Below the pieces are notes generated by a model that was given only the letters and a program-made list of their open reading frames with translations, was not told the origin of the DNA and made no database searches. Positions 9,188 to 22,005 of a stretch of DNA of 64,000 bases are shown here, piece by piece. This DNA is from an uncultured delta proteobacterium (GTDB taxonomy: Bacteria > Desulfobacterota > Binatia > UBA9968): NCBI GenBank assembly GCA_963840855.1, contig CAWJBB010000062.1, positions 32,001-96,000 on the forward strand. Direction: 5' to 3'. The position numbers and the translations under genes were made by a program. Numbering within the stretch: position 1 is the stretch's first letter; every line of letters begins with the position of its first letter.

Positions 9188-10243
9188 TCAGACCACGCCT
9201 AGCAAGAGCAGTCCCGCCGTCAGGACCATAAGAATCAGGCCAAGGGGGACGCCGAGACGGGCCCATTCGGTGCTCGTGATGTGGAGCGCGTGGGCGGCGA
9301 TGATATTGGGAATATTACCGGGGATCAGCATGCCGCCCGCAATGAGCAGACCCAACAGCGCGCTTTTGATCTGCGTTTGATCGAGGGATGGACCGATTTC
9401 CGCCGCCGCAAGCGTGGCATTGTCGAGAACCGCAGAGATTATGTTGACCCAAAAGAGGGCTTGTGAAGGAATTTTTGTCAGATAGGCGTCGATCAGCGGT
9501 TTAAAACCGGCGCCAAGAAAGATAAGCGCCATCACAAAGATATAGACTTTGAGCGAACGTATGAACACGTCACCGAGCTTTTCTTCATGCGCCTCGGCCC
9601 CGAGCGTAGCGGCGGGATCCGCCGCTCGGTCGCGAACCATGTAGGCAGCCAAGAATCCCATCACGACGACTGCTGGTACAATGTAGAGTCCCAAGAGGTC
9701 CGCCAAGAATAGAAACTTGGCGTGATACGGCTCACCGCTAAGCTTGGAGATCGCGATCGTCGACAACGGTTCTCCCAAAGGCGTTAAAGCGGCTCCCAAG
9801 CCGATGGCGAAGCAGGCAATGATGGTTAGGGCGACTTCCGCGCGGCGGTGCAACCGTAGTACAGTTACCAGTTCAACCAAGAGCAGCGCCGCGATGATGG
9901 CGGAGATCACGCTTGAAAACAGTCCCAGCACAACGGTGCCCAGAAAGATGACAATGGGAAGCGGAACTGCATTGAGGAGTAATTTCATCCACGAGTCGAT
10001 GCGACGGCGCAGGTAGTGAAAAAGTATGCCTGCGCAGAGCACCGCTAGGGTGATATCGATGGGTGCGGTCAACGCTTCATAGACGACCTCGGAGCTCCAG
10101 GCGCTGGAGAGAGTGGCACCGAGCGCGCCCATGAGGAAAAGAAACGCTTCGAGGTTCGACTCGATTTTCTTGTTAAGAAAAGGCCCCAGAAGCACAACAA
10201 GAAAAATCAGCGATAGACCCGCGGTAATTGCGCCGTTGCTCAT
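9188..10243 (-). CDS. DUF1646-family membrane protein (putative cation transporter)
   Basis: Multi-TM protein with NLEAFLF, GLGAALTPLGEPLSTI, SAVLDNATLAAAEI, GGMLIPGNIPNII. Confidence 0.8.
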   Translation of the reverse strand: MSNGAITAGLSLIFLVVLLGPFLNKKIESNLEAFLFLMGALGATLSSAWSSEVVYEALTAPIDITLAVLCAGILFHYLRRRIDSWMKLLLNAVPLPIVIFLGTVVLGLFSSVISAIIAALLLVELVTVLRLHRRAEVALTIIACFAIGLGAALTPLGEPLSTIAISKLSGEPYHAKFLFLADLLGLYIVPAVVVMGFLAAYMVRDRAADPAATLGAEAHEEKLGDVFIRSLKVYIFVMALIFLGAGFKPLIDAYLTKIPSQALFWVNIISAVLDNATLAAAEIGPSLDQTQIKSALLGLLIAGGMLIPGNIPNIIAAHALHITSTEWARLGVPLGLILMVLTAGLLLLGVV

Positions 10244-10378
10244 AGTCGAGATTTCATGCCATACGCCGCGCAGAGACGCAATGCGGCGCAGCGATTGCTA
10301 AACAAGGGAGCGCGTCAAGCGCCTTGACAGCGCGAATATTTCAACGATAGATGTGCGTCATTGAGAGCGGAGGACGCC

Positions 10379-11452
10379 ATGGAAATCTCATTAGAAGAAA
10401 TGACCCGTATCGATCACAAAAAACTCACGCGCTTCGTGAACCGGAGCTTCGAGAAGCTCGGTGTGCCGAGGAGTGACGCCGAAATCGCCGCAAAGGTGTT
10501 GGTAGCCGCCGATCTGCGCGGCGTGGACACGCACGGGGTGATCCGCTTCAATCCCCATAGCTGGTACGTGAAATGGTTGACCGAAGGGTCCATGACCCCC
10601 GGCCCCAGCATTCGTATAGTTTCTGAGAGCGCGACCACGGCGCTCCTCGACGGCGATTGCGGCATGGGCATGGTGATCGGCCACCGGGCCATGGAAATGG
10701 CGATTCAGAAGGCCAAGAGCGCGGGTGTTGCGATGGTCGGCGTGCGCAATAGCCGCCATTACGGTATGTCGGCTCACTACTCCATGCTTGCCTTGCCGCA
10801 CGACATGATCGGCATCGCCATGACCAACGCCAGTAGACAAGTCGTGCCCACCTTTGGACGGGAATCAAAGTACGGCACCAACCCGATGTGCTTCGCCGTG
10901 CCGACGAACAAAGAATTGCCCTTCGTTCTCGACATGGCAACGACCACGGCCGCGGCGGGGAAACTGGAGCTTGCGGCCAGGCTTGGAAAGTCCGTTCCCG
11001 GCGGCTGGGCGCTGAATGAGAGCGCTGAACCGACCCACGACCCGCGCACGGCGCAGAAAGCCCGCAAGTTGTTACCACTAGGCGGCAGCCGCGACGGCGG
11101 AAGTCACAAAGGTTACGGGCTTGCGATACTCGTGGAAATTCTTTGCGGTGTGCTGACTGGTACGATCACAGCATTGAATGATAACCAAGACCCGCGTGGC
11201 CATTTCTTCGGCGCGATTCGCATCGACGCTTTCCGCCCGGCGCCGGATTTCAAAAGCGACATGGACCGGCTGATGCGTGAGTTAAAGTCAACGCCGCCGG
11301 CGCAAGGACAGGAGCGTGTCTATGTCGCGGGGGAGATTGAATTCGAAACCGCCCAGGAGCGCGCCGAGCATGGCATTCCACTGCACGGTTCGGTGCTCAA
11401 AGGGTTGCGCGAAGTGGGGGAGCAGGTCGGAGTACCGTATGATCTTGAGTAG
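10379..11452 (+). CDS. Ldh_2-family (malate/L-lactate/ureidoglycolate-type) oxidoreductase
   Basis: ADLRGVDTHG, NSRHYG, GTNP, LDMAT, GSHKGYGL; GGAGG RBS. Confidence 0.9.
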   Translation: MEISLEEMTRIDHKKLTRFVNRSFEKLGVPRSDAEIAAKVLVAADLRGVDTHGVIRFNPHSWYVKWLTEGSMTPGPSIRIVSESATTALLDGDCGMGMVIGHRAMEMAIQKAKSAGVAMVGVRNSRHYGMSAHYSMLALPHDMIGIAMTNASRQVVPTFGRESKYGTNPMCFAVPTNKELPFVLDMATTTAAAGKLELAARLGKSVPGGWALNESAEPTHDPRTAQKARKLLPLGGSRDGGSHKGYGLAILVEILCGVLTGTITALNDNQDPRGHFFGAIRIDAFRPAPDFKSDMDRLMRELKSTPPAQGQERVYVAGEIEFETAQERAEHGIPLHGSVLKGLREVGEQVGVPYDLE

Positions 11453-11544
11453 GAGGTAGAGCGGCAACCAGTTCTTTTACAAAGCGATCGTCGACAAACT
11501 GGTCCCACTTGGCGCCTTTGGCTTCAGGATTCTCCGAAGGAACG

Positions 11545-12141
11545 TCAGTATCTCCCCCGCGTGATCACGACTTCTTCCAACACGATGTCTTTTACCGGCC
11601 GGTCGCGGGAATCCCGTGGCGCGTTGCCGATGGCGTCGACGACATTCTGGCCCTTGACGACTTCGCCGAACACACTGTGGCGCCCGTCGAGCCATGGGGT
11701 TGCTTTGTAAGTGATAAAGAACTGGCTGCCGTTAGTGTTGGGACCGGCATTGGCCATGGAGAGAATACCGATTTTGGAGTGCTTCAAGTCGGCATGGAAC
11801 TCGTCTTCGAATCGATATCCCGGCCCCCCCGTGCCATTGCCGAGGGGATCGCCGCCCTGAATCATGAAGCCGGGAATGACGCGATGAAAGATGGTTCCGT
11901 TGTAAAGGGGCCGTTTCACTTTTTCTTTCGTCTTTGGGTCGGTCCACTCCTTTACGCCGGTCGCCAGTTCGATGAAATTAGCAACGGTTTTTGGCGCTTT
12001 ATCCTCGAACAATTGAATGACGATATCGCCCATGCTGGTTTTAAGCGTCGCGTAAACCGGCCCTTTTTTTTCTTGCGCCAGCGAACCACCCGCGTACCAC
12101 AAAGCGGCGATCAAGCCCGTCACTGCCAGAAGTCGGCTCAT
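11545..12141 (-). CDS. Cyclophilin-type peptidyl-prolyl isomerase with signal peptide
   Basis: [32 protein letters not shown]; MSRLLAV... signal peptide after GGAGG. Confidence 0.95.
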   Translation of the reverse strand: MSRLLAVTGLIAALWYAGGSLAQEKKGPVYATLKTSMGDIVIQLFEDKAPKTVANFIELATGVKEWTDPKTKEKVKRPLYNGTIFHRVIPGFMIQGGDPLGNGTGGPGYRFEDEFHADLKHSKIGILSMANAGPNTNGSQFFITYKATPWLDGRHSVFGEVVKGQNVVDAIGNAPRDSRDRPVKDIVLEEVVITRGRY

Positions 12142-12439
12142 CTTTAACCTCCCTAAATAGCGTCTCAGTCTGAGGCTCATCCGTCCTTTGACGATTCGCG
12201 CGAGTGAATTTTTTCGATTTCCCCAAAATAAGCAATTCACATCGGTGGGTCAATAGAATGCCGAGGAGCAGGCCAGATTTTTTCCGGCAGTAAGCAAACT
12301 GATATCCTGGATGAATTATTGCGGTCGTAGCTCAAATCGGCCGGAATGTTCAATCACTGAGACGGCCCCATGTTTTGACTTCGGCAGTGCTGGATGCTAT
12401 AGACCAAAGTTGCCAAAAGTAGAGGGGAATTTCTTTCCG

Positions 12440-13015
12440 ATGGCATGGTTTGATCGGGGTTCAGGCGAAAAGAGGGGCGGGGAAAATGAACCGGAGAATT
12501 CTGCGCCGGGGCTCAAGGTGAACCCCGAGCCCACGAAGGCCGCGGTCCCGGTGACGCCGATAGCGAAACCCACGGCGGCGCCGGTGGCAGCCCCAGCGGA
12601 AACGGGGTTGGTCGGTCATCTTTACAAAGGCAGCCGCGTTTCCGGTCAATTGATGTTCCAGGGGTCGGCCAGGATCGATGGCAACGTAGAAGGAGAGATC
12701 CAGTGTTACGGAACCCTCACAATCGGCGAGGGCGCGGAGATTCGCGCCAAGATTTCCAGCCAGGTCGTGGTCATTCGCGGCAAGGTGGAAGGTAATGTGA
12801 CGGCCAAGGAAAAAGTGGAGCTGTTATCACCGGCTCGAGTCGTTGGCAATATCACCACACCGAGGCTCGCCATCACTGAGGGTGTGGTATATGACGGTGA
12901 CTGCTCCATGGGAATGGCAAAGCAAAAAAGTGGAGTCGCGAGTTCACTAGCTGTAAGCGCCGACAAAGCGACGCCGGCGTCAACGCCGGCGCTGCAATCC
13001 GATTCCCTAAAGTAA
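12440..13015 (+). CDS. Bactofilin (polymer-forming cytoskeletal protein, CcmA/DUF583)
   Basis: Beta-helix repeats RIDGNVEGEI...LTIGEGAEIRAKI...VVIRGKVEGNV...LAITEGVVYDG; Pro/Ala-rich N-terminus. Confidence 0.9.
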   Translation: MAWFDRGSGEKRGGENEPENSAPGLKVNPEPTKAAVPVTPIAKPTAAPVAAPAETGLVGHLYKGSRVSGQLMFQGSARIDGNVEGEIQCYGTLTIGEGAEIRAKISSQVVVIRGKVEGNVTAKEKVELLSPARVVGNITTPRLAITEGVVYDGDCSMGMAKQKSGVASSLAVSADKATPASTPALQSDSLK

Positions 13016-13044
13016 ATTTCGTTTCGCCGTTCATCCCAACTTAA

Positions 13045-13085
13045 AATCCCGCGTTCACGATTTTGTCGTGAAGGCGGGTTTTTTC
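13045..13085 (+). terminator. Probable intrinsic terminator between bactofilin and atpF'
   Basis: CCCGC-GTTCACGA/TCGTGAAG-GCGGG hairpin followed by a T-run. Confidence 0.6.
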
Positions 13086-13165
13086 TTACTTTGGGCGTCT
13101 GGTTAGACAGCGCCTGCGAGCTTTGCAAGGGGCCCATGAAGATTCTTCGTATCGGCAACTAGATA

Positions 13166-13594
13166 ATGATTTCGCTCGATATTTCAATTCTTTATCAGAT
13201 CGCTATCTTTTTGGTGCTATGGCTGGGGCTGAGCAAAGTGCTATTCCGGCCGTACTTGGACTTGCTCGAAGAGCGAGAGCGTAAAACCAGCGGCACCCGG
13301 CATGATACCAGCCAGCTGGAGCACGAAGGCGCGCGGCTCAAGGCGGAGTACGAGGAGAAAATCACCCAGGCCCGGAGAGCCGGCATCGCGGCCAAGGACG
13401 CAATCATCCGAGAAGGGCGGGAGGAGCGCGAGCGGCTGCTCCAGCAGGCCCGTGAAGAAGCGGCGCGTACGCTTGAAAGCATGCGCCGCGACGTGCAGAG
13501 CCAACTGGAACGGGAACGCGAGCTGGCGGTGGCGGAAGTGGCGGGCGTCGCCCAAGACATGGTGAGTAAGGTTCTGGGGAGGAGAGTCGGGTGA
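13166..13594 (+). CDS. ATP synthase F0 subunit b'
   Basis: N-terminal TM, LFRPYLDLLEERE, coiled coil; first gene of the atp cluster. Confidence 0.85.
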   Translation: MISLDISILYQIAIFLVLWLGLSKVLFRPYLDLLEERERKTSGTRHDTSQLEHEGARLKAEYEEKITQARRAGIAAKDAIIREGREERERLLQQAREEAARTLESMRRDVQSQLERERELAVAEVAGVAQDMVSKVLGRRVG

Positions 13595-14139
13595 GCCTCT
13601 TTGAATTTCTATTTAGCGCCCAGGCTTGGGCCTCTTCAGCCGCCGCCGAACACCACGGGCCCTCGATTCACGAAATCTGGTTTCCCCTCGGTAACTTTCT
13701 GATTTTTGCGTTCATCATTGTCCGCTTCGCTCTTCCCCCGGTGCGCGCCTTTTTGCAATCCCGGCGCGAAGAAGTTTTGGCAACGGTAGAAGAGTTATCC
13801 GCTAAGAAACAGCGGGCCGAAGCGTTGGCGCAAGATTACCGGGGGCGTTTGGCGGTTTTGGACAAGGAAGTCGCGGCGCTGCAGGAGTCCTTGCGCGACG
13901 ACGGCGAAAGAGAAAAAAACAAGCTCTTGAACGAAGCGCAAACGCTGGCCGTGAAAATCAAAGAAGATGCCCGTTTTCTCGCGGACCAGGAAGTCAAATT
14001 AGCGCGTCAAAAAGTGCGCGAAGAGATGGCCGCCCGGGCCGAAGCCGCGGCGCGCGAATTAGTGCGGCGCAATCTTTCGGCGGCGGATCAGGGGCGATTA
14101 GTGGAAGACTTTATTCAGAGCATCGGGCCGACGCGATGA
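13591..14139 (+). CDS. atpF: ATP synthase F0 subunit b
   Basis: NFLIF TM, coiled coil, DQGRLVEDFI C-terminus; operon position. Confidence 0.88.
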   Translation: MSLFEFLFSAQAWASSAAAEHHGPSIHEIWFPLGNFLIFAFIIVRFALPPVRAFLQSRREEVLATVEELSAKKQRAEALAQDYRGRLAVLDKEVAALQESLRDDGEREKNKLLNEAQTLAVKIKEDARFLADQEVKLARQKVREEMAARAEAAARELVRRNLSAADQGRLVEDFIQSIGPTR

Positions 14140-14678
14140 TCGAAGGCAGCTTGGCCCGCCGGTATACGAGAGCGCTTTTCCAACTCGCTCGCGAAGCCGG
14201 CCAGGAAGAACAAGTGGGGCAGGAGGTCGAGCAGTTTTACGCTGCTTATAGCGCATCGGAGCTGCAGGGCGTTCTGACCAATCCCGCCTTCGGCGTCGAC
14301 GCCCGGAAGCGGATTCTCATTCAGGTCGCCAACGCTCAGGGACTTTCGGTGCTATCGATTCATTTTTTCTCTTTGCTTCTGGAGCGCGACAGATTAGCCC
14401 ACTTGCCAGGAATTGCGAGCTGCTACCGACGTCTGTTGAACCAGGCCAAAGGGCGAGTTGAAGCCAAGGTCATCGGCGCAAGCCCGCTCGAGCCAGCGCA
14501 TGTGGAGCGGCTGCGCGGAACGCTCAGGGGAATTTCCGGCAAAGAAGTGGTGCTGCACGAAGATACCGATCCGGCGCTTATCGGCGGGTTGCTGGTGGAG
14601 CTGGAAGGCAAGGTCTACGATGGCAGCGTGCGGACTCAGCTAGAAAAGATGAAACAGCGCATCGCGCGCGGCTACTAA
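14136..14678 (+). CDS. atpH: ATP synthase F1 subunit delta
   Basis: LARRYTRALF, DPALIGG, YDGSVRTQL. Confidence 0.95.
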   Translation: MIEGSLARRYTRALFQLAREAGQEEQVGQEVEQFYAAYSASELQGVLTNPAFGVDARKRILIQVANAQGLSVLSIHFFSLLLERDRLAHLPGIASCYRRLLNQAKGRVEAKVIGASPLEPAHVERLRGTLRGISGKEVVLHEDTDPALIGGLLVELEGKVYDGSVRTQLEKMKQRIARGY

Positions 14679-14685
14679 GGAGTGA

Positions 14686-16197
<1,512 letters not shown>

Positions 16198-16262
16198 GTC
16201 TAGGTTCTCGCGTCTGGAGTCTCGCGTTAACCTGAAACCCGAAACATGAAACTTTAAGAAGC

Positions 16263-17129
16263 ATGGCGACTCTAAAGGCCATACGTAAGCGGATCGGCTC
16301 GGTCCGCAACACACAGCAGATCACCAAGGCCATGAAAATGGTCTCGGCGGCGAAGCTGCGGCGCGCTCAAGAAGCGGCGGTGCAGGCGCGCCCCTACGCG
16401 GAAAAGATGACCGAGCTTTTGAAGAATGTTTCCAGCCGAGTTTCCAGTGAGGCGCATGCATTATTACGAGTGCGCGAGCAGAAGAAGATCCAGCTGGTGC
16501 TTTTCACGTCCGATCGCGGCCTTTGCGGCGGCTACAACACCAACTTGATCCGCGCGGCCGAAGCGTTCATGCGCCAGCACGCCGGCGACAAGGAAATAGA
16601 GCTGACTTTGGTCGGGCGCAAGGGTGCTGACCATTTTCGCCGGCGCCGGGCGAACATCGCCGAGCGCTACACCGATATTCTCTACAAAGTGCCGGAAGAA
16701 TTGGCCGGCGAAATCGCGCAAAAATTGATCGGCCGGTTTGTCAACAGCGAAACCGACACGGTCTATATTCTCTACAGCCGGTTCCGTTCGGCATTATCGC
16801 AGGTGCCGACCCTGGAAAGACTTTTACCCGTCGCACTGGCGGAAGCCGTGGAATCCGATGCGCAGCAACAGACGGAATATTTATACGAGCCGGGAGTGCA
16901 GCAACTCCTGGCGAGCCTTTTGCCGCGAATTACCGACGTTGCAGTGCAGAGGGCGCTGTTGGAGGCGACCGCCAGCGAGCATGGCGCACGCATGACCGCC
17001 ATGGATTCGGCCACCGGCAACGCCGCTAAGATGATCGGTTCATTGACATTGCAAATGAACCGGGCGCGCCAGGCTTCGATCACGCGCGAGCTGATGGAAA
17101 TCGTCGGTACGGCGGAAGCTTTGAAGTAA
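16263..17129 (+). CDS. atpG: ATP synthase F1 subunit gamma
   Basis: ITKAMKMVSAAK, SDRGLCG, RQASITRELMEI. Confidence 0.98.
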   Translation: MATLKAIRKRIGSVRNTQQITKAMKMVSAAKLRRAQEAAVQARPYAEKMTELLKNVSSRVSSEAHALLRVREQKKIQLVLFTSDRGLCGGYNTNLIRAAEAFMRQHAGDKEIELTLVGRKGADHFRRRRANIAERYTDILYKVPEELAGEIAQKLIGRFVNSETDTVYILYSRFRSALSQVPTLERLLPVALAEAVESDAQQQTEYLYEPGVQQLLASLLPRITDVAVQRALLEATASEHGARMTAMDSATGNAAKMIGSLTLQMNRARQASITRELMEIVGTAEALK

Positions 17130-17158
17130 GAAAATACCGCGCTCGTGCTTGCAAATGA

Positions 17159-18625
<1,467 letters not shown>

Positions 18626-18705
18626 GTTAGGCGAGAGGCACGAGGCAACAGGTGTGAGGCGGGGACTAACGCCTTTCGCCGCACGGCTCACGCCTGGAAT
18701 TTGAG

Positions 18706-19122
18706 ATGGCAGACAAAATCCGACTTAGAGTCGTAACGCCGAGCCGGATGCTCCTCGATGAGGATGTCGACGAAGTGACCGCCCCGGGTGAGTTGGGCGA
18801 GTTCGGCGTGCTGCCGAATCATATTGCTTTTCTAACCACGCTCGTGCCCGGCGAGCTGAGTTATAAGCAAGGATCGAGCAAAAAGACCTTGGCGGTGAGC
18901 GGCGGCTACGCCGAAGTCCTGGACAATGTCATGACTGTTTTGGCGCCGGCCGCGGAGTTCGCCGATGAGATCGATAGCGCCAGGGCGCAGCGGGCTAAAG
19001 AGCGGGCAGAAAAATTGATGGCTGAGCTGAATCGAGGGGAGAAAGATTGGGAGATGGCCGAGGCAGCGTTGAAAAGAGCCCTTGTCAGGCTCCAGGTTGC
19101 CAGCAGAGAAGCAAGAAGGTAA
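18706..19122 (+). CDS. atpC: ATP synthase F1 subunit epsilon
   Basis: VVTP, GEFGVLPNH, VSGGYAEV, ID..RA. Confidence 0.96.
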   Translation: MADKIRLRVVTPSRMLLDEDVDEVTAPGELGEFGVLPNHIAFLTTLVPGELSYKQGSSKKTLAVSGGYAEVLDNVMTVLAPAAEFADEIDSARAQRAKERAEKLMAELNRGEKDWEMAEAALKRALVRLQVASREARR

Positions 19123-19155
19123 AAGGAAAGAAGCCTGAAGTAAGGAGGACGATTT

Positions 19156-20292
19156 ATGGCCGAAGCAGCCAAACAAGAACCCGTAATCACCATGTGGAGC
19201 AAAGAGTTCACCTACGACCGGTGGATGAAATCCAAGGGCATTCCGATCCACAGGGGCTACTATATCGAAGATCTCCGCACCGTCGACTTGGAATGGTGGG
19301 AAGAGAGAGGCTGTAAAGCGGCGTTCATTCAGCTGCTGGGCCAGGAAGGCGTCAGCGCGTCGCGCGTCACCGAAGTCCCTCCCGGTAAGTCGTTGCCGCC
19401 CGTGAAGTTTGCCTTGGATGAAATCGTTTATGTCTGTGCCGGCCGCGGCCTGACCACGGTCTGGACCGGTGCAGGCAAAGCGAAGAAAAACTTCGAGTGG
19501 CAAGAGCACTCCATGTTCCTGGTGCCGCGCAATCATTGGCATGTATTCAGCAACATGCAGGGCGACAAGCCGGTCCGGCTGTTCCATTACAGCTATATGC
19601 CGATGGCGATGTCGGCGCTGCCTGAACCGGACATGTACTTTAACAATCCGTACGAGCCAAAAGTCAGCGCGGCCGAGAGCGGCGATTTCTATTCGGAAGC
19701 CAAGATGGTTCAAGCGAAAGACGCCGACGAAGGCTTGGGCATGCGCGCCTTTTGGTACGGCAATTTCTTCCCCGACATGCGCGCATGGAATAAGCTTGAC
19801 GCCAACGAACGGCGCGGCGCCGGCGGCAAGAGCGTTTTTATGCAGTTCCCCAATTCTGAATTGACCGCTCATATGTCAGTCTTTGCGCCAAAGACCTACA
19901 AGAAGGCGCACCGCCATGGACCCGGCCGGGCGATTATTATTCCGGCGGGCGAAGGCTACTCGATCATGTGGGAAGAGGGCAAAGAGAAGATCGTCTGTCC
20001 ATGGCATGAGTGCTCGATGGTAACGCCGCCCAACAAGTGGTTCCACCAACACTTTAACGCCGGCGGCGACATGGCGCGTTATCTGGCGCTCCATCCGCCG
20101 ATGCAGTTTCATGGTCACGCTGAGAAAGTTGAGGACCGCGCTAAAGACCAGATCGAGTATCCCAATGAAGATCCGTTTATCCGCCAGAAATTCGAGGCGG
20201 AACTGGGCAAGCGCGGCATAAAGAGCATTATGCCTGAAGAGTGTTACAGCGATCCGGATTACGAATGGTCCAAGTCGATGGGGAAACAGTAA
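19156..20292 (+). CDS. Bicupin protein (gentisate 1,2-dioxygenase-like fold), function unknown
   Basis: C-terminal cupin HRHGPG...WFHQHFN; N-terminal cupin degenerate (DEIVYV...WHVFSN); AGGAGG RBS; starts 33 bp after atpC. Confidence 0.8.
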   Translation: MAEAAKQEPVITMWSKEFTYDRWMKSKGIPIHRGYYIEDLRTVDLEWWEERGCKAAFIQLLGQEGVSASRVTEVPPGKSLPPVKFALDEIVYVCAGRGLTTVWTGAGKAKKNFEWQEHSMFLVPRNHWHVFSNMQGDKPVRLFHYSYMPMAMSALPEPDMYFNNPYEPKVSAAESGDFYSEAKMVQAKDADEGLGMRAFWYGNFFPDMRAWNKLDANERRGAGGKSVFMQFPNSELTAHMSVFAPKTYKKAHRHGPGRAIIIPAGEGYSIMWEEGKEKIVCPWHECSMVTPPNKWFHQHFNAGGDMARYLALHPPMQFHGHAEKVEDRAKDQIEYPNEDPFIRQKFEAELGKRGIKSIMPEECYSDPDYEWSKSMGKQ

Positions 20293-20323
20293 GCCGGTTC
20301 CAGGATTTAAAACGGGTTCCGCG

Positions 20324-20361
20324 AAGAATCCCTGCACGCGAGTGCGGGGATTCTTGTTTAT
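20324..20361 (+). terminator. Strong hairpin (terminator or mRNA stabiliser) between the bicupin and EutA-like genes
   Basis: AAGAATCCCTGCAC-GCGA-GTGCGGGGATTCTT then GTTTAT. Confidence 0.55.
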
Positions 20362-20391
20362 GAAGGCAAGCAAAAGATAAGGATGTGAGGT

Positions 20392-21915
20392 ATGGCAATG
20401 CACGACGATATCTATGATCACGACCATCCGGATAATTTCATCATCGGGGAAGATGACATCGTCACCGAGATCGAGGGCCTGGAGATGTTTTCGCTCAAGA
20501 GCGTGGGCATCGACATCGGGTCTTCGACCTCGCATTTGATTTTTTCACTGATCACGCTCAGGCGCGAAGGCGCGTCGCTTTCGGGAAAATTCAAAGTCAC
20601 CAACCGCGAGGTACTGTATCGTTCGCCGATCATGCTGACTCCCTATTTGTCGGCGACCAAGATCGACACGGACCAGGTCAATGCGTTCATTCAGCGGGCC
20701 TACAAAGAAGCGGGTTTGACGGCGGAAGACGTCGACACCGGCGCGGTGATTATCACCGGCGAGGCGCTCAAAAAAGAAAACGCCCAGCCCATCGTCGAAA
20801 ACTTCGCCAAGTACTCAGGCAAATTTATCTGCGCGGCGGCCGGCCACAACCATGAGGCGTTGCTCGCGGCCTATGGCTGCGGCGCCGTGGACCTGTCTAA
20901 AGCGGAACACAAGACGGTGCTCAACGTCGATATGGGCGGCGGCACGACGAAGTTCTCGCTGGTCGAAGACGGCATCGTGACGCAAACGGCGGCGATCAAC
21001 ATCGGCGCGCGTCTGATCGCTTTCGACGAGAAGGACAAGATCACCCGCATCGAAGATGCCGGCCGGACGATGATGAAAGAGCTCGGCCACAAAGTGGAGC
21101 TCGGTCAGACGATTAGTGATAAAATGAAGGAAGACTTCGGCGCCTACATGGCGAAAATCCTCTTCGAGACTATCGAAGACGGGCCGAATTCGCCCATGGC
21201 TAGTTCGCTAATGGTTACACCGTCGTTCACCAACTACCGCGGTTTCACGCAAATACAGCATATTGTTTTCTCCGGCGGCGTTTCCGAGCATGTCTATGAC
21301 CGCGATCCCAAGGCCTACGGTGACATCGGACCCGTGCTGGGTAAGAACGTGCGCGAGTATTTGAAGAAGCTGCCGAAGGATATCCTGCGCGAGCCCATCG
21401 AAGGAATTCGCGCCACAGTCATCGGTGCCGGCGAATACACAATCCAGGCCAGTGGTAACACCAGTTACGTTTCCAATGAGAAGGCACTGCCAGTGCATGG
21501 CCTCAAAGTGATTCAAGCGTCGATCCGTGACGGAGAGCCGGTGAGCGAGGCGCTCAGGCAGTCGCTCAGAAAATTTGACATGACTCGTTTCACTTCTGGA
21601 CTGGCTCTTTCGCTGACCGTGAGCGGCGTACCGGATTACCAGTCGGTCAGGCGCATCGCCGAGGGCGTCGTGGAGATACTCAAAGATGCCGACGATCCGA
21701 AGTGTCCTTTGTACCTGACCCTCGACCTGGACATCGCCAAATCACTTGGCGGCATGCTTAGAGATGAATTCAGGGTCGCCCGGGACATCATCGCCATCGA
21801 CGGCATCGAGGTAGGCGATCTGGACTACATCGACATCGGAGAGTGCTTGGGTATCACGGAAGTCATTCCGGTCACCGTCAAGTCGCTGATGTTTCCGACG
21901 AAGCTAAGCGATTAA
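20392..21915 (+). CDS. EutA-like ASKHA-fold ATPase (ethanolamine ammonia-lyase reactivase family) with His/Asp-rich N-terminus
   Basis: SVGIDIGSSTS, YRSPI.LTP, DTGAVIITGE, AAGH..EA, NVDMGGGTT, FSGGV, IRATVIGAG, DYIDIG, PVTVKSL. Confidence 0.88.
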   Translation: MAMHDDIYDHDHPDNFIIGEDDIVTEIEGLEMFSLKSVGIDIGSSTSHLIFSLITLRREGASLSGKFKVTNREVLYRSPIMLTPYLSATKIDTDQVNAFIQRAYKEAGLTAEDVDTGAVIITGEALKKENAQPIVENFAKYSGKFICAAAGHNHEALLAAYGCGAVDLSKAEHKTVLNVDMGGGTTKFSLVEDGIVTQTAAINIGARLIAFDEKDKITRIEDAGRTMMKELGHKVELGQTISDKMKEDFGAYMAKILFETIEDGPNSPMASSLMVTPSFTNYRGFTQIQHIVFSGGVSEHVYDRDPKAYGDIGPVLGKNVREYLKKLPKDILREPIEGIRATVIGAGEYTIQASGNTSYVSNEKALPVHGLKVIQASIRDGEPVSEALRQSLRKFDMTRFTSGLALSLTVSGVPDYQSVRRIAEGVVEILKDADDPKCPLYLTLDLDIAKSLGGMLRDEFRVARDIIAIDGIEVGDLDYIDIGECLGITEVIPVTVKSLMFPTKLSD

Positions 21916-21945
21916 CCCGCATTTCGCATGTGGTTCTAAGCAAAT

Positions 21946-21980
21946 CGAGGCCTCGCTTCCATGCGGGGCCTCGGTGTTTT
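21946..21980 (+). terminator. Probable intrinsic terminator after the EutA-like gene
   Basis: CGAGGCCTCGC-TTCCAT-GCGGGGCCTCG then GTGTTTT. Confidence 0.55.
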
Positions 21981-22005
21981 AGGGGCTGCGTTTTTAACTC
22001 ATTCC

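Noticed and set aside
11509-12147. 212-aa plus-strand ORF
   Set aside because: Antisense shadow of the cyclophilin gene.
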